This document shows positions 7,506-15,056 of a stretch of 36,181 bases of DNA, in pieces. The DNA is from Acidobacteriota bacterium (GTDB taxonomy: Bacteria; Acidobacteriota; Vicinamibacteria; Vicinamibacterales; JAENWD01): positions 1-36,181 of the forward strand of contig JBKPMA010000287.1 of assembly GCA_046731935.1 (NCBI GenBank), read 5' to 3'. A program made the position numbers and the translations under genes. Within the stretch, counting starts at the first letter, position 1; the number at the start of each line of letters is the position of its first letter. The notes beneath the pieces were generated by a model that was not told where the DNA came from, ran no database searches, and saw nothing but the letters and a program-made list of their open reading frames with translations.

Positions 7506-8762
7506 GTGACCAGACGAAATTGGCCCCATACTAGTCGTAAGCGCCCCGGAGGGCGCGCTTTGACTAGTCCGCAGAAAAAACGGCCGCAGTGGCTCACCCT
7601 CGTCTACCCGCTCCTGGCCACACTGTGCGTCCTGGCCGTGCCAGCGTCCGCCGCAGCGTCCAAGAAAGAGAAAGAGCCCCCGAGGCCGCCTCTCAAGGGA
7701 CCGTGCGTCTGCGGCGACCTCCCGACCATCGTCAACCGCATGCGCGAGCTCGGCGCGGCGCAGTCCACGATGGACCAGAGCGACGCCACGGTCCGCACCA
7801 TCGAGAGCCGTGAGTCACGTCCGCTGCTCTTCTCGGACTCCCGCTATCTCGAGCACGTGTTCGGCCCTCTCAAGGGCGCCATGGATGCCGCCTTCGAGTC
7901 GCCGGCCCCGCGGACGACCATTCCGTCGCGCGGCCAGCAATGCAGCGCGGAGGCCGTGCCGCCCTCGGCATGTCTCCAGGCCGCGGCTGCGGCCAACAAC
8001 ACCGCCTATCGATCGGCGTGCGAGGCCGCCCCGCCACCGCATCGCCTGACCGCGTTCATGGATTGGGAACGATCAGCGGCGCAGGCGGAGCTTGCAGTGC
8101 TGTTCGATCAAGTGCGGAAGATTGGCGAAAGCTGCCCCTTCAAGGACTGGACCGGCACTGTCATCATCACGGTGGCAGAAGAGATGTCGGCAACGACGCC
8201 TTTACCGAATCCCGTCCACGGACGAGACGTCGTGAAGAACACGTCGCAGCGCGTCGCGACGATTCTCGTCCTCGACGGGCGCGCCGTCGGCGAGATCAAG
8301 GAGACGACGACGCTCTACAAGAGCCATAGCGCGTCTGGCGCGACGACATGCGCGAAGAACGCCAGCCCGGTGCCTTTCACCGAATCCAGCGAAGAGACGA
8401 GCCTGGTGAATGGAGACGTCTTCAAACCGGCCACGGTTACCGTTTCGTTCAACCGGAACGACTACCGTCTGTCCGCAACCACCACCGGAGGCTGGGGCTC
8501 CGTCCGCACGTCAGCGAAATCGAACTTCACGGGCGGGTGCGGTAAGAAGGCTGCAGCGAATCCTGCAAAGGATCCCGGCCCCTCGAAACAAGCCATCGAT
8601 GGCATGACCGGCGCTGGCGCGGGGACCGTGCTGTTCCCGCTGGTGACGCACATCGACGGCAGCGCACGCATCGAGAACACGCACACGCCCACCAATGGGG
8701 GAACGCTGACTCGGACGAAAGACATCACCTGGGCCCTGCGGCGGACCAAGCCGCGCCGGTAG
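7506..8762 (+). CDS. hypothetical secreted protein, no recognisable family
   Basis: The long ORF has a signal-like segment, KKRPQWLTLVYPLLATLCVLAVPASAAAS, followed by a Cys-containing mature region. The start is ambiguous: GTG 7506 or TTG 7560 (the latter gives MTSPQKKRPQW...). Confidence 0.6.
   Translation: MTRRNWPHTSRKRPGGRALTSPQKKRPQWLTLVYPLLATLCVLAVPASAAASKKEKEPPRPPLKGPCVCGDLPTIVNRMRELGAAQSTMDQSDATVRTIESRESRPLLFSDSRYLEHVFGPLKGAMDAAFESPAPRTTIPSRGQQCSAEAVPPSACLQAAAAANNTAYRSACEAAPPPHRLTAFMDWERSAAQAELAVLFDQVRKIGESCPFKDWTGTVIITVAEEMSATTPLPNPVHGRDVVKNTSQRVATILVLDGRAVGEIKETTTLYKSHSASGATTCAKNASPVPFTESSEETSLVNGDVFKPATVTVSFNRNDYRLSATTTGGWGSVRTSAKSNFTGGCGKKAAANPAKDPGPSKQAIDGMTGAGAGTVLFPLVTHIDGSARIENTHTPTNGGTLTRTKDITWALRRTKPRR
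7530..7569 (+). terminator. compound hairpin flanked by ACTAGTC repeats between the GH99-like gene and the hypothetical gene
   Basis: ACTAGTC gtaa GCGCCC cgga GGGCGC gctttg ACTAGTC. The inner stem is a perfect 6 bp. The outer ACTAGT arms are self-complementary. A TTT follows the inner stem. Confidence 0.4.
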
Positions 8763-8771
8763 AGCGGCGCA

Positions 8772-10112
8772 TCATCGAGTCTCGGCCGCTTTCTCCTGAT
8801 TGAGCGAGTGTCCTTCGCGTTTGTAGACCACGCCGCCCTTCATCACGAACGCGACGTGCTGCAGCGTCGTGATGTCCTCGAGTGGATTGGCAGAGACGGC
8901 CACCAGATCGGCAAACCGCCCGGGCTGCACGCTGCCCACGCGGTCCGACCATCCCAACAGGTCTGCTGCACTGCTCGTCGCCGCGCGGATAGCCTGAGCC
9001 GGCGTCATACCCCACTCGACCATCGTGGCGAACTGACGCGCATTCAGTCCATGCGGATAGACGCCGGCATCGGTGCCGAACGCCATCTTGGCGCCCGCGC
9101 CGAAGGCCTTTTTGAAGTTCTCCCGCTGCGCGCGCCCGACCTGGCGCTCCTTGTTCATGATCTTCTCGGGGTAACCCTTCCGGCCGTACTCCGCGAGGAT
9201 GTAATCGTCGTTATAGATATCCATGACGAGGTAGGTTCCGCGTTCTTTTGCCAGCGCGATGCCCTCGTCATCGATGAATGAGGCGTGTTCGACCGAGCTC
9301 ACGCCTGCGCGGATGGCGCGCTTGATTCCTTCGGCACCGTGCGCGTGAGCGGCGACCCTCCGATCCCACATGTGGGCCTCGGCGACCAGCGCGTTCAACT
9401 CCTCTTGCGAGTACTGAGGGCCGCCGATCGAGTCTTCCTCGGACAGCACGCCCGCGGTCGCCAGCACTTTGATCAGATCGGCGCCGTACTTGATGTTGGT
9501 GCGTACCAGCTTGCGGATGGCATCGATGCCGTCCGCGATCCCCGACATACGATCGAATCGCAAGTACGGCGAGAAGCCGTTCAGATCGCCGTGCCCTCCG
9601 GTCGCGCTGATCGCCAGTCCAGCCACCTGCATCCGCGGTCCCGGGATGTCGCCGCGCTCGATCGCATTCCGCAGCGCCACGTCGAGGTACTCCCCCGCAC
9701 CGACGTCCCTGATCGTCGTGAATCCGGCTTCGAGCGTCCGACGCGCGTACACGTGCGCCACGACGGCGTCGTCGATCGCGCTCCGCCGGAAGGCGTCGTC
9801 ATAAAAGTTCTCGCCCGGCTGACCGGTCACGTGCGTGTGACAGTCGATGAAGCCGGGCAGGAGGGTCGCCTGGCCGAGATCGACGACAGCAGCCCCCATG
9901 GGAATTTGCAGACCAGTACCGACCGCGGTGATCCGATCGCCGGTGACAATGACGACCGCGTTGTTGATCGGCGCATTGTTGACGCCGTCGATCAGGCGGG
10001 CCGCCTTGATCACGACGATTTTGCCCGATGAAGCGAGGGGCTGACCGGCCGACGCCGGAACCGCCAGCGCGCTTACGACCGTGAGAATCGCGATGAGGGT
10101 ACGAGTCACCAT
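8772..10112 (-). CDS. exported metal-dependent amidohydrolase (imidazolonepropionase / Xaa-Pro dipeptidase-like family)
   Basis: ORF 8772-10439, with start moved to ATG 10112 (MVTRTLIAILTVVSALAVPASAG signal peptide). It has the PGFIDCHTHV metal-binding motif and other amidohydrolase-superfamily His/Asp positions (AHAHG, HASF, GTDAG). It starts 5 nt after the upstream gene's stop. Confidence 0.8.
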   Translation of the reverse strand: MVTRTLIAILTVVSALAVPASAGQPLASSGKIVVIKAARLIDGVNNAPINNAVVIVTGDRITAVGTGLQIPMGAAVVDLGQATLLPGFIDCHTHVTGQPGENFYDDAFRRSAIDDAVVAHVYARRTLEAGFTTIRDVGAGEYLDVALRNAIERGDIPGPRMQVAGLAISATGGHGDLNGFSPYLRFDRMSGIADGIDAIRKLVRTNIKYGADLIKVLATAGVLSEEDSIGGPQYSQEELNALVAEAHMWDRRVAAHAHGAEGIKRAIRAGVSSVEHASFIDDEGIALAKERGTYLVMDIYNDDYILAEYGRKGYPEKIMNKERQVGRAQRENFKKAFGAGAKMAFGTDAGVYPHGLNARQFATMVEWGMTPAQAIRAATSSAADLLGWSDRVGSVQPGRFADLVAVSANPLEDITTLQHVAFVMKGGVVYKREGHSLNQEKAAETR

Positions 10113-10117
10113 ATGCC

Positions 10118-11278
10118 TCAAAGACCGGCTGTGCGTTCCGTCACGGGCGCGAGGGCTGGCAACCCGTTCTCCGGCCGATCGAGATAGAAATACGCGACAC
10201 TCGACCAGTCGTCCTGCCGCTCGAAGAGCTGATCGGGTTTGGTCAGATCCATGGGCACCGGCCCGGCGCCTGCGCGCATCACGGGCTGCCCGCGCGTCAT
10301 CAACGGTCCCATTTCGCCGGTGCCGTAGTAGCCGATCTGCTGAATGGTCACCCGCGCCTCGTTCCTGAAGTAGATCGCATCGGGCACGTGCAGCCGGTAG
10401 AAGCCATAGTGGTAACGGTCGTCGTCGGCCAGTGGACATCCTTGATAGGCATGGGCGTACGCCCCCTGCCCGTACGCGGTGCCGATGTAGTCTTCGGTGC
10501 CCGTGCCGTTCAAGGTTGGGCGCGCGCGATCCCCGTCAAGATAGATCTTGACCTCACCTTCGCCCCACCACGATTTGCCGTAACGCGCCGTGTCAGCGAT
10601 GACACCCAGCGTCGCCCCGAGGTACCGTCCGCGGCCGCTGACGTGAGGAAGGATTTCGTAGTCGCGTTGAAGGGTGGTGGGACGCTCACGCCGGAACACA
10701 GCGTGAAAATACAGCGCGTCGGCACCCACCGTGTCGCCGACCGTGTAGTCGACGTCGTAAAACAACTGCTCGAGTGCCGTCCCGGTCTCGTTGGTCAGTA
10801 CGATCCGCATGCCGCTACGGAAGGGCATTGGAATCACGGTCACGAGGCTCCGGCCTTCCGGGCTCGAAAACAAAGCTGACTGGAACGGCCGCATCTCGCC
10901 GAGCGCATGGCCGAAGAAATCGCCCAGCGGTGCGCTGACCGCCGGCGTAGCGGACCCGTCCCAGAACATCTCGAGCCGGATGCCCCGCAGCATGGCGGGA
11001 GTGCGATCGCTCAGCGTCATCCAGATGCGGCGCACGATTCCGCTCGTGCCGGTGGCTTCCGCGAGGACCACACGGCCGCCAGCCGGGACCGCGACGAACG
11101 GAGCGCCTTTGCGTCCGGCGTTCGCCTCGCCGCCGGCGCCCCGTGCGCCTGATGGATTCTCCGGGCTCGCCCACCGCGTCTCAATCCGATCCGGCAGCGA
11201 GTACAGCGTTTGTGCGTCCGTCCTCGCAGCGCACAGGATCGTAGTAAGCGCGACAACCAGCCCAATCCCTCGCAACAT
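10118..11278 (-). CDS. DUF2961 / glycoside hydrolase family 172-like protein, secreted
   Basis: The signal peptide is MLRGIGLVVALTTILCAARTDAQ. DUF2961-like blocks are IVRRIWMT, EMFWDGSATPAVSAPLGDFFGH, GTGTEDY and WWGEGEVKIYLDGD. GGGGGAG lies 3 nt upstream of the ATG. Confidence 0.7.
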   Translation of the reverse strand: MLRGIGLVVALTTILCAARTDAQTLYSLPDRIETRWASPENPSGARGAGGEANAGRKGAPFVAVPAGGRVVLAEATGTSGIVRRIWMTLSDRTPAMLRGIRLEMFWDGSATPAVSAPLGDFFGHALGEMRPFQSALFSSPEGRSLVTVIPMPFRSGMRIVLTNETGTALEQLFYDVDYTVGDTVGADALYFHAVFRRERPTTLQRDYEILPHVSGRGRYLGATLGVIADTARYGKSWWGEGEVKIYLDGDRARPTLNGTGTEDYIGTAYGQGAYAHAYQGCPLADDDRYHYGFYRLHVPDAIYFRNEARVTIQQIGYYGTGEMGPLMTRGQPVMRAGAGPVPMDLTKPDQLFERQDDWSSVAYFYLDRPENGLPALAPVTERTAGL

Positions 11279-11295
11279 CGACTCCCCCGCCTGTC

Positions 11296-11421
11296 GGTCT
11301 TCAGTCTTCGGTCTACAGTCTTCGGTCTACAGTCTTCGGTCTTCGGTCTTCGGTCTTCGGTCTTCGGTCTTCGGTCTTCGGTCTTCGGTCGACAGTCTAC
11401 GAACTACGAACTACGAAGTTC
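11296..11421. repeat. heptanucleotide tandem array, 18 units, consensus GGTCTTC
   Basis: The units read GGTCTTC AGTCTTC GGTCTAC AGTCTTC GGTCTAC AGTCTTC. Seven perfect GGTCTTC units follow (11338-11386). The array ends with GGTCGAC AGTCTAC GAACTAC GAACTAC GAAGTTC. Confidence 0.95.
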
Positions 11422-11424
11422 GAC

Positions 11425-13002
11425 TCACCGGCTCGCGTAGGTGACTGCGCCCTCGATCTGGACCACGTTGCCTGTGGACGCGGCGACATGATCGCCGCGG
11501 GTCACGATTCGGACCGTGTGCGCGCCTGCGGTCAGTCCGAAGGCGTGCCACAGATCGTTGTCGTGGGTGTTGGGTGGAATGTACGCTTCGAGCTGCCCGG
11601 CAGCGGCGCCGTCGAGAAACACGTCCGCGCGTCCGCCATCCTGCGCCATGCGCCCGATCACGACCACTCCCGTTCCGGTGAACGACAACGTGGCTTCCGC
11701 CCCGGCAGTGCTGACAGTCGGCCCGCTGTCGTGGTTGTCTTTCTTGGTGGCCGGCCGTCCCCACGCACCCTTCCATTGCCACGCTGGATCCGTGGACATG
11801 ACACGCTTCGAGGGCACGCCCGGATCCCATTGCTCGAGCGGCGGCGGCACCGCCGCCTGGACGGGTACCAGCACGACCTGGTCGGTGACCTGTCCGCCCG
11901 CCGCCGTGATGACCTTGGTGGCCCGGGCGATCGTGGACGCCACGATGTCGTTGAACGAGTAGTCGGTGTAGGCGAACTTCTTGTCGGCCAGCGCCGCAAT
12001 CCCGGATTTCCATTCAGCCGGAATCGCCTTGTAACCCAGAACGACCCCGAGCACGCCGGCGGCGCTCGACGGATTGCAGTCTGAGTCCTGGCCCGCCCGG
12101 GTCGCCACTTCGAGCGTTCGCGCAAAATCGCCGCGCCCGTAAATCAGGCCGAGCGCGATGTACGCGCCATTCAATTTCGCGTCGATGTTGAACGGCTCGA
12201 GCGCACCATCGGGACAGGGATCGTCCTTGTCCCACTTCTCTTCGATCAAGCGCCACGTGCGCCGCCAGTCGTCGGGATGCTGTCCCGACCACGTCAGCAC
12301 ATCTCTGATGATCTTCGCGTAGCCGCTCTCCGCGGGCAGGCTCGCAAGGCCGGCCTCCACAATCTTTCGCGGATCCGATTCGAAGAAAGCCGCGCCGTAC
12401 ATGCTGGTGACGAAAATGCCGCCGTACAGGCCGTCGCCGTAGTTCATCACGCGGCCGACCCGCTCGGAGTAGTGGCGCGCAGCCTGCGGCAGGCCCGGCG
12501 TCATCAGGCCGATGAAATCCGATTCGATCTGGAAGTCGATGTCGTTGGCGTGCACGTTGTATTTTGGGTCTCCTGAAAGGGGCGCCTTGATGCCCCGATC
12601 GAGGAGCCGCCGCGCCGCGGCGTTGGCGTGCCACAGGTTGTAGCGGGACGTGCGGAAGGCTTCGCCGTACTGCTCGCTCGTCGCGTCGAGTCCCTGATGG
12701 TCCATCACCGCCGCGAACGTCATTTCCACGTAGAGGTCGTCCTGATCGATCGCGTTGTCGACGCGGCCCGGCCGCCACTTCGGCAGTGATCCCTCCAGGA
12801 TCTTGGCATTCGAGCGGAACTCGGTGGGCGCACCGAACGAGACGCCGATCATCTGACCTGCCCAACCGCCGCGCACCTTGTCTTCGAAGACGCTGCGCGG
12901 CAGCGTGCGGGCAGTCGCCCCTTCGGCCCGAGCCGCGGGCACGGGAGTGGAAAGAACCGCTGCAACAATGGTGAACAGCGTGGCAAGCACGACGTGACGC
13001 AT
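11425..13002 (-). CDS. secreted ADP-ribosylglycohydrolase-family protein with an extra C-terminal beta-sandwich-like domain
   Basis: ORF 11425-13038, with start preferred at ATG 13002 (GGAGGG lies 3 nt upstream; signal peptide MRHVVLATLFTIVAAVLSTPVPAARAEG). ARH family blocks are VRGGWAGQMIGVSFGAPTE near the N-terminus and ATRAGQDSDCNPSSAAGVLGVVLG (GxDxD-type metal site). About 130 extra C-terminal residues (ATLSFTGTGVVVIGR...VFLDG...HTVRIV) resemble a carbohydrate-binding module. Confidence 0.75.
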   Translation of the reverse strand: MRHVVLATLFTIVAAVLSTPVPAARAEGATARTLPRSVFEDKVRGGWAGQMIGVSFGAPTEFRSNAKILEGSLPKWRPGRVDNAIDQDDLYVEMTFAAVMDHQGLDATSEQYGEAFRTSRYNLWHANAAARRLLDRGIKAPLSGDPKYNVHANDIDFQIESDFIGLMTPGLPQAARHYSERVGRVMNYGDGLYGGIFVTSMYGAAFFESDPRKIVEAGLASLPAESGYAKIIRDVLTWSGQHPDDWRRTWRLIEEKWDKDDPCPDGALEPFNIDAKLNGAYIALGLIYGRGDFARTLEVATRAGQDSDCNPSSAAGVLGVVLGYKAIPAEWKSGIAALADKKFAYTDYSFNDIVASTIARATKVITAAGGQVTDQVVLVPVQAAVPPPLEQWDPGVPSKRVMSTDPAWQWKGAWGRPATKKDNHDSGPTVSTAGAEATLSFTGTGVVVIGRMAQDGGRADVFLDGAAAGQLEAYIPPNTHDNDLWHAFGLTAGAHTVRIVTRGDHVAASTGNVVQIEGAVTYASR

Positions 13003-13066
13003 CTGCCCTCCAGAAGACGCCGTTACGGCGCGTGACATTCTGCCACGTGACGCGCCCCGAGCCTAT

Positions 13067-13095
13067 TTGACCCACAGCGTCCGCTTCGCTAGCAT
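13067..13095 (+). promoter_or_regulatory. candidate promoter TTGACC-N17-TAGCAT; the -10 ends 6 nt before the GTG start of the sugar-binding protein
   Basis: TTGACC (13067-13072), a 17-nt spacer, TAGCAT (13090-13095), then cgcgcc and GTG at 13102. There is no room for a Shine-Dalgarno. Confidence 0.45.
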
Positions 13096-13101
13096 CGCGC
13101 C

Positions 13102-14046
13102 GTGCTGTTATCTCGACGAACTTTCGCTGTCTGGCTCGTGATCGCCATCAGCCCCGCGTGCGGACATCGCCAGGAAAGTCCCGGTCGGCCTGTCGTCGCG
13201 CTCGTGATGAAGTCGCTCGCGAACGAGTTCTTCAAGACGATGCAGGACGGCGCGGCCAGGCACCAGGCGCAGCACCCCGATCAATACGAGCTTGTCTCAA
13301 CCGGCATCAAGGACGAACAGGACGTCGCCCACCAGATCGAGCTCGTCGAACAGATGATTGCGCGCCACGTGAGTGCGATCGTGCTCGCGCCGGCTGACTC
13401 CAAGGCGCTGGTGGCCGTTGCGCAGCGCGCCCAGGAAGCCGGCATCGTCGTCGTCAACATCGACAACCGGTTCGATGCCGCCGTGCTCGCCGAACGGCAT
13501 CTGACCATCCCTTTTGTCGGTCCGAACAACCGCAACGGCGCCCGCGCCGTCGGTGAGGTGGTGGCGCGGCGGTTGAAGGCCGGCGACCCCGTGGCCATTG
13601 TGGAAGGTGCGCCGAACGCGTTCAACGGGATCCAGCGCCGCGAGGGATTCATGGACGCGGTGCAGGCCGCCGGGTTGCGCGTCGTCGCGTCACAGACCGG
13701 GCAGTGGGAAACCGCCCGGGCCAACCAGGTAGTGGCGGCGATCGTCAGCGAACACCCGGACGTCAAGGCCGTACTCTGCGCCAACGACAACATGGCCCTC
13801 GGAGCGGTCGCGGCACTCAAGGCCGCCGGACGCGCGAATGACGTCCTCGTCGCCGGGTTCGACAACATCAGTGCCGTGCAGCAGCTGGTGCGCGACGGCC
13901 AGATTATCGCGACGGCCGATCAGCACGGCGACGCCCTCGCAGTCTACGGGATCGAGTACGCGCTCGAGATGCTGCGGCATTCGACGACGACGCCGGCGAA
14001 CCGTGAGACGCCCGTGGATCTGATCACGCGCGAGGCCCTGCGCTGA
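13102..14046 (+). CDS. sugar ABC transporter substrate-binding protein (RbsB-like, type I periplasmic binding fold)
   Basis: The N-terminus is signal/lipoprotein-like (LLSRRTFAVWLVIAISPAC). RbsB/AlsB-like blocks are VALVMKSLANEFFKTMQDGA, AIVLAPADSKALV, IVVVNIDN and VLCANDNMALGA. Confidence 0.85.
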   Translation: MLLSRRTFAVWLVIAISPACGHRQESPGRPVVALVMKSLANEFFKTMQDGAARHQAQHPDQYELVSTGIKDEQDVAHQIELVEQMIARHVSAIVLAPADSKALVAVAQRAQEAGIVVVNIDNRFDAAVLAERHLTIPFVGPNNRNGARAVGEVVARRLKAGDPVAIVEGAPNAFNGIQRREGFMDAVQAAGLRVVASQTGQWETARANQVVAAIVSEHPDVKAVLCANDNMALGAVAALKAAGRANDVLVAGFDNISAVQQLVRDGQIIATADQHGDALAVYGIEYALEMLRHSTTTPANRETPVDLITREALR

Positions 14047-14153
14047 GCCCTGCCACGGATTCGCCGGCCGGTTCGGCGTCCGCGTCCCCCCCAGCCGGTG
14101 GACGACCGACGCGCACGCGCCGGCTGCTCTCTGACTATGCGAGCCTCGCCGGT

Positions 14154-15050
14154 GTGCTCGTGGCACTGGTGGCGGGGTTCGGCGCCGCAACGGACTACTT
14201 CTTCACCGCCACCACGCTTCGAACGATCGCTAACCAGCTTCCCGACATCCTGCTGGTCTCGACCGGCATGACTCTGGTCGTCATTGCCGGAGGCATCGAC
14301 CTGTCGGTGGGATCCATCCTCGCGCTGTCGGGCGCCGTGCTCGGCGTCGCGATTCGCGACTGGCACCTTCCGATGGCGGCGGCGGTTGCCGTGTCGCTGC
14401 TGGTTGGCGCTGCGTGCGGCGCAATCAATGGCGTGCTCGTCACGAGGTGGGCGCTGCCCTCCTTCATCGTGACGCTCGGGATGCTCGAAGTCGCGCGCGG
14501 CGCAGCGTATCTGGTGACGGGCTCTCAGACCAAGTACATCGGAGGCGCCATCGAACGGCTCACGACGCCAATCGTGGGCGGCCTCGGCGCCCCGTTCTTT
14601 CTGGCGGTGGTCGTGGTCGCGGCCGCTCAGTTCGTGCTGATCCGGACAGTTTACGGACGCCACCTGATTGCGGTCGGCGCCAACGAGACTGCCGCGTGGC
14701 TCTCGGGTGTCCCTCCGGGACCCGTTCGAGTGATGGCCTTCACCGCGTCCGGCCTTCTGAGCGCCGTCGCCGCGGTATCGCAGTGCGCGAGGCTTGCTGC
14801 GGCGGATCCAAACGCGGGAATCGGCCTCGAGCTGCAGGCCATCGCGGCGGTCGTGATCGGGGGCACGAGCCTCATGGGTGGCCGGGGATCCGTCGTGACG
14901 ACGATGCTGGGAGTGCTGATCATCGCGGTGCTCGCCGCGGGACTCGCGCAGCTCGGCGTGCAGGAGCCAACGCGCCGGCTCGTCACCGGGAGCGTCATCG
15001 TGGCCGCCGCCATCGTGGATTACTATCGGACCCGCGTCACGCGCGTCTAA
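14154..15050 (+). CDS. sugar ABC transporter permease (RbsC/AraH-type, CUT2 family)
   Basis: A multi-TM protein with the GMTLVVIAGGIDLSVGSILALSG block typical of RbsC-type permeases. The annotated GTG start truncates the expected N-terminus (see finding). Confidence 0.8.
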   Translation: MLVALVAGFGAATDYFFTATTLRTIANQLPDILLVSTGMTLVVIAGGIDLSVGSILALSGAVLGVAIRDWHLPMAAAVAVSLLVGAACGAINGVLVTRWALPSFIVTLGMLEVARGAAYLVTGSQTKYIGGAIERLTTPIVGGLGAPFFLAVVVVAAAQFVLIRTVYGRHLIAVGANETAAWLSGVPPGPVRVMAFTASGLLSAVAAVSQCARLAAADPNAGIGLELQAIAAVVIGGTSLMGGRGSVVTTMLGVLIIAVLAAGLAQLGVQEPTRRLVTGSVIVAAAIVDYYRTRVTRV

Positions 15051-15056
15051 GAGCCC

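Noticed and set aside
6081-7529. 482-aa minus-strand ORF antisense to the GH99-like gene.
   Set aside because: The plus-strand frame carries the conserved GH99 blocks and a Tat signal. The antisense product is low-complexity and Arg-rich.
11296-11421. Possibility that the tandem arrays (here and at 15995, 17184 and 24789) are CRISPR arrays.
   Set aside because: The units are 6-9 nt and directly abutting with no spacers. No cas genes and no 24-48-nt repeat periodicity are present.
10791-11444. Plus-strand ORFs (10791-11444 and 11210-11440) translating to SSVFGLRSSVFGLRSSVFG... across the heptamer array.
   Set aside because: The repetitive peptide is only the three-frame read-through of a 7-nt repeat (a 21-nt super-period). 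Upstream, the ORFs are antisense to the GH172-like gene.
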